Of a stretch of DNA of 64,000 nucleotides, positions 35,419 through 47,012 are shown one piece after another. Under the pieces are notes generated by a model. That model saw only the letters and a list, made by a program, of their open reading frames with translations, ran no database searches and had not been told where the DNA came from. How positions within the stretch are numbered: the stretch's first letter is position 1; each line of letters starts with the position of its first letter. This DNA comes from Yuukianura sp. NJ FZ-2021 (lineage: Eukaryota): contig CM102285.1 in NCBI GenBank assembly GCA_046563655.1, positions 5,022,001 to 5,086,000 on the forward strand. Reading direction: 5' to 3'. The position numbers were made by a program, and so were the translations under genes.

Positions 35419-36769
35419 CGTCTTGAGCGCGCCATCTCACGTTAGATTTCTTCGATTTTATTCACGTCGAACGAATTCAGTTTTGTGTCACGAAATGACG
35501 CCACCACGTTCATCCCAAACACGACGCTGACACGAAAACTAAACTATTCAACGGAAAATGAATGCTTTTAAATAACGGATTAATGACCTAGAGGCGACAT
35601 GCGCACCATTTGCAACAGCTAACTTAATTTGCTGCCTCATCACGTTGCTTCTGACAACTGACTCAATTGCAGGAAAGTTGGTGGACCCTCAACGGCTCGA
35701 ACAACGGTGAAGACTGCAGCGGTTGAAGCGACCGAAGTAGAGATAAAATTGTGCGTGTTTTAGAGAAAGCGGCCGAGTTGGCCAAGTGCCTACTGGTTTA
35801 CTAAGAGCTAAGTAAAAGCTACCGGACAACTGACTAAGAGGTGGGACTGCCGATCCTCTATTTATACCTAAAGATTAGAAGATCTGGACGTGCAAGAACA
35901 TGATCTTCGACCTCGTTAACTAATAAACATGTCTAACTAATTTACAATTTGTAACTACAAAGTTACATAGTCATCATCTTCCTAGTCTTTTTTCTAATCT
36001 ATTCTCTAATCAATTTCTTAAGAAAAGACATAAACTTTGTCTTAAGTTTTGAATTAATAAAGCTAACTAAGTAGATTTTAGAGTCACGTCAGATCACTCA
36101 TGGCATGACATTTACTGTTGATTGCAAGAAAGTCGTAAACTTTCTCGCAATCAGGACAGCTGATAAGGGTGATCGGTCAGCACCCTGGGGTCGTCTCCTT
36201 CTGATTAGTGAACACGCGAAAAAGGAATGAACTAATTCATTCCCTTCTCCCGTGTTCCAGTGAGAAATCTGCCCATCAATACTTTAAGATTGATTGGCAG
36301 CTTTCTCTAGTGTTACATCTTCCCCAACTTAGTCATGAGCCGTCCTCGGCGATAACATGTGTGACAAAAGTCACGATTTCCGCGTGCCGTGATAACCTAG
36401 TAGCTAAGACGCGATAAGCAAAGTGCAAGAAGTGCGTAGACCTGCAAAAACATGATACAACTTTCCGTCTAGGACATTAAAAGATTAAGAGTACTACACC
36501 AGCTATCGTAAGCCTCCCCTCATTGATTATTCACTTGTAGGGTACATAACATCAGTGCCTATAATCTACTAACTTATATACAGAAGTCTTCGATCTTCAA
36601 TCCCAAGGAGTTCGCTCTGGAAAGGGGATAGGGTGTCGGTTGTGCCAAGGGGTCCTGGAAGGCGGAGGGGGTTGTCACCTGGAGGGTGTAGAACTTCCTT
36701 AGTTCCTCGTAATGTGGGGCGTGGTGCTGCATCTGGTCGGGCGGATCCGGAACTCTTCCAAAAAAGGAC

Positions 36770-38199
36770 TCAGGTCATCTGCTTCTGCATCGTGGCCAAC
36801 TGCTGCTCCAAAATTCGAACTCGCTCTCGTAGAAGGGAACGTTCGTCTCGATCGTGTTCCCTGCCCTCTCTGTGTCTTTGGTTCCGCTCTCTGCTGGCTT
36901 CGCGATTCTCGTGGCGTTCCTGGGTCTTCGGTGTTTTAACTTGAATAACTTCCGGGATGAATTCCTGGAAACGACGTTTCCCAACGGCCATACAGCTTTT
37001 GGAGGAGTGCAAAGGATTTGGGACCATGGATTTGTCCTGCGTCTCCTTGATCTTGGATGTCGTTGGGTGAAGGATGGCATCATTGAAATCAAACTTGATC
37101 TCGTATTCATGCATCAGAGATGACAAAATGCGTTCATAGGCATCTGGTGGGATGCCTTTGGGTTTTGGGAGGCGACGAAATTTGCGTATATTACTCCACG
37201 GACAAACTCGTCGTTACTGCATCGCTTCCATACTTTAATATCGGCTTCGAACAAACCGATAGGACAGTCAAGATTCCGAGCTATAGTCACCACTGTCGCA
37301 TGAAGACATTGTAACCTGGTGGAGCATCCCAGATAGGTTGATTCGAATACAGGCCATGGAACAGAGAGAGCCACGTCTTTTTCCACGTCTAACCTAACCT
37401 AACCTAACCTAACCTAGCCTCCGGTCAATGATTCGTGTTGTCTGGTTCACGAAGTCTTGTCGTAAGGAGTCAGTTATGCCTAGCCGAACGTTCAGCAGTT
37501 GCTCTGCAAGATCTTTCATCAGCTGGAAGTGTTCTATAACATAGGAGCGGAACTGAGTTTCACAAACTGATCGGTAGTCTACTACTGTCACATTTTCATC
37601 GATGTACTGCTGACACAATGCTGCATAACTGAAGGATGTTGTAGAGTCGGTGATTCCCATGAGTGGAAGTTTAGCAATACCCACGATGCCCGCCGCAGTA
37701 ATGCCAAAAATTCTCGAAGTAATGTTTTGAATTGGCGTTCTCTTTGATATGTAATCTTAGCGATGTCACTGGATTCCATCAGATTCCTCAATGGCTCTTG
37801 CAGCTGTTTGGCGGGCTCTTTCGCGTCGATGACAAAGCCCAGTTCTGGAGTCATGATGGCGATATGTGTCGTTTCCCCAAGATACGTCTGTTGGTTTTGG
37901 AAGGCGTAAACCACCATCGGCTTTCGATTGTAGACCTTTCTTATATTTGCGAGGAGGGTTGTTTCCTCTCTGATTATCTCTGGTAAAATCTGCGGTCTGT
38001 CGGACCTCAAAGGTAAGTGCAAGAACTTATTATGTAGAGTAGAATTGAGCCGCATCTCCATCATCTCTTTCCCCAGCTTGGGTTGAATGATCTCAATCTT
38101 GATATTTTTCTTATGTCTAATTTTATAATATTCTGTAGGTGTTAGTAAGTGCTGGTAAGTAAATAAAATTTTCTGTTCGGTCGGACGATGTAGAGCCAT
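36770..38199 (-). pseudogene. Fragmented ORF with an EXD1/Egalitarian-like DEDD 3'-5' exonuclease-fold domain and a charged coiled-coil C-terminus
   Basis: HIAIMTPELGFVIDA...LRNLMESSDIAKITY...LLREF(GI)...SYAALCQQY matches the DNA_pol_A_exo1 pattern. Four adjacent ORFs (37588-38199, 37409-37684, 37114-37386, 36770-37126) can be linked by frameshifts and one repeat insertion. Confidence 0.6.
37389..37413 (-). repeat. (TTAGG)5 telomere-type repeat inside a coding frame
   Basis: Five perfect CTAAC units on the plus strand. Confidence 0.9.
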
Positions 38200-38207
38200 T
38201 TGAGCTG

Positions 38208-38765
38208 CTACTTAAGAACGGATCGCTGTTCCTGTGAATGTGATAACCCTAACGCGTGTCCAATTTCGTGAACCATGACCGAAAATACATCTACTCCTCT
38301 CTTACTGGGTGTGGTAGTCCAGTTTTCTGCTGCTTCAAAATAAATAACTCCGCCTAACCCAACATTCGGGTAATAAACATGTGCTAGGACCTCGCCTACG
38401 CCGTCAAAAACCCTGGTGTCACAATGATAACCTTTTGCAAATTGAATTGCAATGTCTACTGACTCATTGACCCTTCGACTAAACGTAAAATTAGAAATTT
38501 CTTCCCATTTTTGGAAAGCCAAGGCAAAGTTTTCTAAGACCTCGTCCATAATCATAGAGTTTGAAATGTCTTCCTTAACGTTCCATGTTAATTTGGTTGT
38601 CTTCCATTTTCTATCCAAAATTTGTCTCTTTCTCCTTCTCATAGGGTACTCCATCCCTTCGTGACAGCAGATGGTGTCCTCATTCTCGTAACTAAGAATG
38701 GTGGCCATTATCGTTGTTGTACAGATCATCATCACCTTAACCGAAATAAATCCTATCCTTGTCAT
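38208..38765 (-). CDS. Intronless matrixin (M10A) metalloprotease, C-terminally truncated
   Basis: Hydrophobic N-terminus, furin-like RRKR, then KWKTTKLTW, AFQKWEEISNFTF, DIAIQFAKGYH, FDGVGEVLAH and zinc motif HEIGHALGLSH. It stops at the Met-turn position (SVLK*). Confidence 0.88.
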   Translation of the reverse strand: MTRIGFISVKVMMICTTTIMATILSYENEDTICCHEGMEYPMRRRKRQILDRKWKTTKLTWNVKEDISNSMIMDEVLENFALAFQKWEEISNFTFSRRVNESVDIAIQFAKGYHCDTRVFDGVGEVLAHVYYPNVGLGGVIYFEAAENWTTTPSKRGVDVFSVMVHEIGHALGLSHSQEQRSVLK

Positions 38766-39163
38766 TCTAGGAAGATAAATAAAAGAAATTTTAACAATTC
38801 CTATTTCCTAACCTTTACGTCCAAGATGTATAAAGTAGGTGACCCATCAATCTTCGGGTCAAGCACCCCTCGATGTGATTTCTGATTAGGGTCAGACCAG
38901 TTCCTCTCACAATCCCAAAATCTTAGAGTCTCTTATGCCCTCTTCCGGAGGCATGGGGTATAAAAAATAAACATTGACAGCGAGCCTTAGGCTACTGACC
39001 CGGTCAGATGGCATGGATTGTGACTGTCAAAACTTCACGTGTGACTGTCAAAACAAAACTTCAATTTGCTGCATTTTTTCTTGCAATGCAGAAACTTGAT
39101 TGGAATTCTCAGTTTGCGTTTCGAGAACTCCTTCCAGGATGTTAATGTCCCGTTGATGCGCAA

Positions 39164-39685
39164 TTAGATTGTTGGCTTCTTCAATTTTTTTGCCATATTT
39201 AAAAAGTCCATGACAGTTGTTTGTTTCATTAGTGAAATTTGACTCAAGAATGCCGGCCGGGCATTCTTGATCAAATATTTGACACGCTTTGCCTCATCCA
39301 TATCAGGCTCGGCTTGTTGAATGAGTTTAAGTAAATCATAAGTGTAGGATTCTACATTTTCCATAATCTTTTGCTTCGTATCTTTATACCTTATTTCCGC
39401 TGAAACTGAATCTACAGTTCCAAAGATTTTCACTAAGTAATCCCTTAGTCCTGTGAATGAACCCCGAACTTGGTTTCCACAAGGTACTTGTCGCCTCAAT
39501 TGGTGTAGAAAGGTGCGGATCCACGACTCTGCGGTGCCATCGAGCTGGCGTCACAGAGTCGCAGCCATTTTGTCAGTCTCTAATCCACTGGCATTAAATG
39601 CAAGCTCAAATTTAGTGAGGAATAGAAGGACATCCTCATCTTTGGTCCCCGAAAAACGAGATAACTTTACTTGGACTTTGGACAT
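39164..39685 (-). pseudogene. Ty3/gypsy Gag capsid (Arc-like) with one in-frame stop
   Basis: MSKVQVKLSRFSGTKDEDVLLFLTKFE...L*RQLDGTAESW...KQKIMENVESYTYDLLKLIQQAEPDMDEAKRVKYLIK. Confidence 0.85.
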
Positions 39686-41176
39686 GTCTCGGTATGTGTA
39701 AGAGTGTTAGTAATAATGAGAAGTATCTATACCATAATCAGCTCCTTGAACACGAAAAAAATATCCAAGGATTATGACAGAAATACCCGATGACGTTGTA
39801 ATTAAGCCGTCGGCTATCGTATCCGTCGTCTTCCAGTCGCAAATTTATATCCGATCTGGCACTAAACGTGGTAATCCAGAGGAGAAACTGCTAACGACAC
39901 TACAACGCACAGATCTTACAGGGAGTGTCCCAAATTGAAAAATTGAAGGAGAAAGTTCTGTGAAGGTTCAGGGTGACGTATAGTATGTTGATTGTACCCA
40001 ATGGATGTCAGTAAGTGTTGGTTACTAGAAAATTAAGATTTAAAATGAAGTGCAAATATCAACAAGATATTAGGAAAAAGCCGTCTCCAAAGTATTGCCC
40101 AAACAAGCCGTACTAAAGAAATGGCCCCGATTTAATGCGTGCGCGTGAACTTTATAGATTCGTGGCTGACCTACTTCGACCCCACCCAAAAGTGTGTACC
40201 TAAAATTTGCATTCTAACTTCGCAAGTTACCATAAAGAGGTTTGAAGGATCTCCAGCTCAAGAGCTGGTTTTCCTGTCCCAGTTTCTAAAGGATGTGGTT
40301 ACCCATACGCAATTACTTTACTGTGGTTGGCAAACGTTTTCGTCCTCCCAGACCAGTTCCCCTCACACCACGTGCAAAATTTTTTCTGGCCTACTTTCGA
40401 TTTGCACGCGCAAAGCTTGTTTCTTGTCTTTTTGGAGGATGTGGGATCTTAGCCACAGAGCTGTAAACTCTTTAAATTGTCAATTACACTTCGTGCGAGT
40501 CCTCACGAAGCATCTTAATGAGGAAGTGGTGACCTAAATCATACAAGAAAGTGCGTCTCTAGATATCCGACACTTTGTAGCTAATTAAGTATGGGTTACC
40601 AATTAATGAGGCTTTGCTACCCCCTTACATTTTCACTGTTTTACTCCTAATAAAATTTCACCCCCAAACTACAACGGTCACCAGCGGACTGCCACTGGTG
40701 ACCCTGACCTATTGTGGGTTAGGGGATAAAAGAAACTTGTTATGACGAGTCATTTGGTCACGTTGTAGCCAGTGTCACTCGGAGGATCGTGTGAAATCAT
40801 CTTTCAGGACAGTCTCCGCAAGCCACCGCCTCTCAAAGTTCTTTTCTGATTCGCCGCTACTTGGACAGACTGCCACATAATATGACGCCAATGGTGACCC
40901 TGACCTGTTGTGGATTAAGGAATGAAAGAAACTCATTGTCACGCGTCCGCTTGTCATGTCCTGGCCAGTGTCACTCGGGGAATCGTGTGAGGTCACCGTC
41001 CAGGACAGTCTGCGGATCGGCCACTCCCCTCTCAAAATTCTGTTTTTTTTTACGTTAACAGACTTCCACTCAGTGTCACGCCAGAGGTGACCCTGACCTG
41101 CTCTGTGCCACGGGATGAAACAAACTTGTCGTCACGGGTCTCTCTATCGTGTTTTGAACGGTGACACTCGGGGGAT

Positions 41177-43256
41177 AGTAGGTACAATGTCTGCACAATC
41201 TTCAAAATGAATTGATTATCTGTCAATCATCGTGTCAACACCAATATCGATTATCTGTTAGTGCACCTACCAGCAGCAGCCCTACTAGGGGATGTAGGTG
41301 ACCCCTTTTGGCGCCCCCCTTTCTCCATCCTTCTTGACTATAATACCCTACTCGTGTCGTCACCGACGTCCACCGCCCTGAATAACAGAACACCCCTCCC
41401 ATCATCAATACAACGAATCAATTAATTAATCAATTGACAACCAACCATCAAATTATTTACTTGCCAATCAGATTTTTGTTAGTCACAAATAATGGGGGGG
41501 GGGTGGCCGGGTGTAGGTTAATTAAACTTAATTAACATAATTATTCACTTGTCAATCAAATTTTTAGGAAGTCCTATTGGCCAGTGTAAAGTCGTCAATT
41601 TTGCAGGGGGCGGGGAATTTAACTATGAAGGTTGTAGAAATTAAGTCGGGTGTGTTAATTTTAGCCGGTGGGAGGGTTGTGTGTAAACTGACTTCCGGTG
41701 AGTGTTGAGGATTGGCGCTGTATCGATATTGGTCATTGGTGTAGGTGTATTTCCCTGCATTCCATAGAATAGGGAGCCCTTGAATGCTTTCCCCTTCACT
41801 TTTTTGCATAAACGTTTTGTTTCACTCTTTTTGTTTTTCCGAATTTCCTGTGCGGCGGAGTGGAGTGGAGTCAGGCGGGGTGAGGTGGGATGGAGCGGAG
41901 TGCAGTGCAGTGGAGCGGGGTGAGTGGTCCGCACGATAGTGTGGGCTTCGTTTTCCTTGCGGTTCCGTTTACCGGGGAAAGCGTTAGATTTTCTCCCTTT
42001 TAGCTTTATGGCTTAAAGTTGGCTTTGACAAAAGGTGTTGTGTGCAAACCGACTGCCGGCGATTGTGGTTGAGGGTTGTTTCGAGCTGACATTAGGACAT
42101 TGTGTAGAGTATGCAGCGTAGTGGATATGTGATTGTGGAAAAGTATGGTGCAAGGGCCTTTTCATTTCCTGCAGTTCCATCAACTGGGGGCCATTGGATT
42201 CTCTCCTCTTCACGTTAAGGCCTTAAAAAGTAGCATAGGCGAAAGCAGCAGAGGTAGCCTCCCAACTATATCACAAAAAACCGCGAAACTGGTTACTAAA
42301 AAAATGAGTATAACAGCACTCGGGGAAACTTCTTAACCACTAAACTCTGTTTCATTCTGTAAGGCTTTTGGAAGCTACTAGTACGTTGATTTTTTTTGCC
42401 GGACGGTGTACCAATGCTTACACAGTTAAGGATCAGCCTCCATTATTATTTGATATAAAAGTTTTTTTGATACTCTTTGAGTCCCAGCTTGAGCATTCCT
42501 AAGCAAGTGTACAATGAGCTTAATTGTCTCCACTGTAATCTCCGCGTCGTCTTCCAATTGAAAACGTGACCCACTTTCACTTTCATCGTCTGAAGTGTCT
42601 TCATCTTCAGACGTCGGGCCGCTTTGACTGACGAGAGGCGAAGTATCTTCCATTTCTTCCGTGGACGCATTTTCCTTTATTCCTCCTCCAACTTGCGGTG
42701 AATGCAAGTTGGTAACATGCCGTTTTACAGTGTCCTTCCTTGCAAATTGTTTTGGGCAATACGGGCAAGAAAGTTTCCCGTTTTTACCGCGTACAAAACT
42801 GGGCTTGTCTTCTGACTTTTTGGGGGCAGGAGAAGTAGGAATAACATAGTCGACATACAACGAGACAATACAAGGGGTTAATGCCGGCCATTTCGATGTG
42901 ATTTGTTTGGAATCTGGAACGTAACTGGACGAACTTGGCGGTATGAGGTGATGGGAAGCGTTTTAGTCGGGGGAGGGGGTCCATTCGGGGAAGTGAAGTT
43001 AATTCCGGGTGCGTGTAAACTCCCCAACTTAATTAAGCACCTAAGTATTAATTATGTTAATTAAGTTTAATTAACCTACATCCTAGGGTATTATACCCTG
43101 CAAGATAGAGAAAGGGGGGCCCCAAAAGGGGTCACCTACATCCCCTAGTAGGGTTGCTCCTGGTGGGTGCACTGACAGATAATCGATATTGGTGTTGACA
43201 TGATGATTGACAGATAATCAATACATTTTGACGATTGTGCAGACATTGTACCTACT
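41177..43256. mobile_element. Miniature Polinton/Maverick-like non-autonomous element (2080 bp)
   Basis: Termini 5'-AGTAGG...CCTACT-3'. ~180-bp TIRs plus a further inverted block at 41511-41543 / 43049-43081. Removing the element leaves exactly 6 extra nt against neighbouring repeat units (GGGGAT/GGATAT), consistent with a 6-bp TSD. Confidence 0.7.
42426..42860 (-). CDS. Single C2H2 zinc-finger protein with an acidic tract, inside the Polinton-like element
   Basis: CPYCPKQFARKDTVKRHVTNLH, followed by an acidic segment. The probable original ATG near 42891 is out of frame. Confidence 0.6.
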   Translation of the reverse strand: MYVDYVIPTSPAPKKSEDKPSFVRGKNGKLSCPYCPKQFARKDTVKRHVTNLHSPQVGGGIKENASTEEMEDTSPLVSQSGPTSEDEDTSDDESESGSRFQLEDDAEITVETIKLIVHLLRNAQAGTQRVSKKLLYQIIMEADP

Positions 43257-43573
43257 GGATATCGTGTGAGGTCAACGTCCAGGACAGTCTCTGCAACGGT
43301 CCCACCTTGCTCAAAATTCCGTGTTTTATTCTCCTCCACGTTAACGGACTCCCATACAATGTGACGCCAGTGGTGACCCTGACATATTGCGGGCCATGGG
43401 ATGAAAGAATCCTGCTGTGACGAGTATGGTGGTCATATTCCTGCCAGAGTGACCCGGGGGACTATGTGAGGTCACCGTCTAGGACCTCCGGAACAGTCAC
43501 TTGGTCTCTAAGTTCATTTCTTCTTTTCTATGTTATTGATATGTTAGTTTACTAAGCAACCCGACTAATGCCA

Positions 43574-43591
43574 AACCTGCATCTGGCACCA
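43574..43591 (-). promoter_or_regulatory. Putative tRNA primer-binding site
   Basis: The minus strand reads ...CTCTCA-A-TGGTGCCAGATGCAGGTT, i.e. a CA end followed by TGG, upstream of the leader and gag. The tRNA is not identified. Confidence 0.55.
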
Positions 43592-43592
43592 T

Positions 43593-44155
43593 TGAGAGAA
43601 GGTCAATGTGTGGGTTGACCTCTCCCCAGATGTGTTCCACCTCCAATCCGCAGGTGTCCACACAAGAGAAGAGATAAAGCAACACAAAGACAAAACGGAT
43701 GTGGCGTTACGAGTTTATTGCGCTGGTCGCGCCCAGGGTTCCTAAACTCGAAAAGTTTGAGTTAATTTTCGTCCAAAGTTCGTTTTTCTAAGTCAAAGTC
43801 CGTGTTTGTTCGTTCCGTGGTCCTTTGTCATCAAGGACTGCCTTACCAGGAGTTACCAGCTCGAGTAGCAAAGTCTTTTCGTATTCAGAGAATGGTTTAT
43901 AGCCTTCAATAGCATAAATGAACAGCTTGCGACTTATTCCAGCTGAGAATGTTCGTTTTCAGAGTCACTACCTACAACTGTTTTGCCATTGGACCTATAT
44001 AGTTATTTGTTAATTACTAATCAATAGTAAACATCGATGACTATGGTTTTAATGATTATTTCAGTTTGACAAACAGATGCAATGAGTAGAGAATTCCACT
44101 GCTCACATTTTTTTGCAATTTTTACTTACTTGAAAATGTGAAGAAAAATGTGACA
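43593..44155 (-). mobile_element. LTR-like block
   Basis: Ends in CA next to the PBS. TATA-like CTATAAA (~43897) lies upstream of AATAAA (~43716) on the minus strand. The TG start is at either 44105 (TGAG) or 44155 (TGTCAC). No second copy was seen in the window. Confidence 0.5.
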
Positions 44156-44499
44156 AGTCAAAACTAACTTTCGGTTAACATTACTTTGGCCGTCAGGTTA
44201 GCTAACCTCGCTTCGCTTTTTCTTTCAAAATATGAACATAAAGTTGACCTAGTTGTTAAGGTTAGGCCTTGCCCTGGTTAGGTGAACCGTGGTCAAATCT
44301 ACCTTTGACATTTCGATTAAAAATACTACCCCAGGACTAACGGAAGTTTTCGATGAACCTGAGGAATTAATATTCCTCATCTTATGTGACTGAGTCTGAA
44401 CAGGAATTTCTAATTCCGACAACGACCAACTATAGGAACTAATCTTTCTAGTACGCTTAACTTTTTTTTTTGATTTTGGAGAAACAAATTCTCCATTAT

Positions 44500-45030
44500 G
44501 GCTCGAATGAAATTCACTACGAAAGTGTAACAAGTCTCTGACATGCACAATAATCGGCTTCTTACAACTACTAATCAACTTGATTTGGTAGTTTACTGCC
44601 GAGGTTTTCTTAGTCAACACATAAGGGACCTTTCGTTTGTGGAAGTAAGGCTTGTGACAAGCTTTCATTACGTAGTGGCAAAAATTGTAGTACACCATCG
44701 CTAATGTCAAGATTAATATTCTCCTTTTTTTGGTCAAAACGAACTTTTGACCTCTCATGAGCTCTCCTAGGGTTCAAGGCAGCACGGAAGGGAGCAGCTC
44801 CCAGATTTCTAGGGAACTCATCCCTGCGATCAGTTACAGGGCAACTGGGCAAATCCCTTTGAAATGGAAGCATAGCCTCTCGCCCATGCAGTGAGTACAT
44901 GGCGAAAATTCTGTAGTCTATTGCCTGCTCACAATAAAGGCTGATGCAATCATCCCAGTTGTCCTGACTAGGAATAGCATACATTGCAACAATTTTCTTC
45001 AAGGTCTGATTACATCCCTCTGTCATTCTA
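44500..45030 (-). pseudogene. Ty3/gypsy-type integrase C-terminal half (frameshifted)
   Basis: MTEGCNQTLKKIVAMY...DNWDD...GREAMLP and a GPY/F-like PYVLTKKTSAVNYQI...IVHVRDL. Confidence 0.8.
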
Positions 45031-47012
45031 TTAGCGTGACGGAGAAGTGAAGTTGACCTTGAACTTCAGCTGCTGTTTTGCCTTTTTCACGAAGTCGGCA
45101 ATGGACTGACGACTTCTATTTATAACACTGATCTGTTGTCGGAGCTTACCGGAGTTATTTTGTCGTTGCTGGACATGAGTCCGGGTCTCAGATTGGAGTC
45201 TGAGAGGGAGAGACTGCGGTAATTTTGCGATCGACGTCACAGTTCCGCCACTTAAAAATTGCGTTCTCCGCGCGTTAAAGTGATGCGCGAATTTTTTTAC
45301 TGCAGTATCTTTCATTGCAGAAAAGTGTACAAAATTGTAGAAAACATTTTTGAACGCGAAATAGTCTAATAGGCGAAATTAACGTACGCTTAGAAAATCT
45401 TAAACTTAGAAGAACATACCTCCTAAACATACGCTTAGAAATACGCACCTTTAGAAAAATGTACACTTAAAACCGATAGGCGAGGAAAACTTAAGCGTAC
45501 ACTGGGAGCAGTGTACGCTTAGGCTAATGTACGCTTAGAATGTAATGTACAGAAATGTAGGCCTGGCATCAGTTTTGGCAGCACCCCCACCCCGCTACTG
45601 GGGGCGGGAATGGAAATTATAGTGGTTCTCTCCGAGTTCAGAGGTGGGGATTTTCTTTTTTTTTTATCCCAAAACGAATGAGTTTTATTTGCTTCTCAGT
45701 ATATGTAATAACATGGAATAATGTGAATAAGTCCAGTGTTGATGAATGTTGTATGGTAACCAACCTACCATATATGGTAGGTTGGTTAGGTTAGGTTATA
45801 ATGTATATATTATTTATTATATTACATTTGTACTATAAAACATGTACATACACATCAAATATCAGCACCTTTATTCTCATATCGTATACTGTTATACTTC
45901 GTTAATAAATATTATTTAATGATATATTAAATTATATATTCCTGACGTGTACACATCAGGGGTATTGACATACTCTGATTTATAACCATATGAAATCATA
46001 AACCTAAACTGTACATAGGTGCGATGGAATTTGCCGTATTAACTTACGGGCTGTAATCGCACCTGATAGGAGAAATTTAAGCTGAAATCGTTTCTGAAAC
46101 AAATCATACGAATGTGCTGTTTTTAAGCAATTAGATTTACTATGAAAGACACGCGAAGAAACCAAAAATGTTTCCGGTAAGATAAACCAGAAAAGACTAA
46201 TAGCCTTAACCACTTTGAATATTTTTAAAGGCGTTCAGACAATGTGTTAAGGTTTCAAATTGAAACCCGCTGAATTTAGAAATCGGTTATTCCGCCTTTT
46301 TTAGTATTTTAGAATAAAGGAATTTTTAACTTTCTCTTCAGTCCGAACAATGTTAGATACCCCAGGGGTTATGAGGCGGGATTCATTGGCCGGATCCTTG
46401 ACAACCTAGACTAACGTTGAAACAACCTCACGTTGAAAATGGTAAACTGGCGGTGTTTGTGCACATTTTGGCAAAAAGTTAAAGCTAAGGTTTCCTTCAA
46501 GTTTTGTTCAGTTTTCCGCACAAAAACCACTAGTTTACCATTCTCAACTTGATGAAGTTAGGTTATCAAGGACCCTCGACAACGTGCGAGCAACCCGCCG
46601 CTGATTACTCGAGCCGTAGACCTCCATTGCAAGTTACTAAACCATTTGGTTAAGCTTTGTTGAACCAACTTTACCTCATCCCGCAGGAGCATTTCAATGC
46701 AATAAATTAGCATATGCTGCTAATTACTAACGCAATGGGCACGTTGTTCTCCAACTGTCAAACGCTTCGCCACAGGAAGTAAAGTAAGATAGAAATCCGA
46801 GGGAATAAACATCTAGATAATAATATGTACTAGCGCCACAAATTACATTTGTCTTATCCTGCACAAATAATACAACACTATAGTATTGCGTAATGAGAAA
46901 TTTATTAGAAAACTGATTCGTACAATTACACAACTAGATAATGTCAATGCATCTATCGTCGCTAAAAAATGAATAATCCATTGAAGACTCATGAGATGAC
47001 GGAAACGCCTTC

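Larger units (their letters stand above)
40670..43500. repeat. ~195-bp degenerate tandem repeat (4-5 units) in the retroelement leader, interrupted at 41177-43256
   Basis: GGTGACCCTGAC recurs at about 40698, 40893, 41086 and 43373. Confidence 0.8.

Noticed and set aside
35640..36110. Possible solo LTR (TATAAATA on minus)
   Set aside because: I could not define TG...CA ends, a TSD or similarity to the 43.6-44.1 kb block.
45031..45540. ORFs 45031-45315 and 45275-45466
   Set aside because: No recognisable homology. The upper part overlaps short GTACGCTTAG repeats of a probable MITE.
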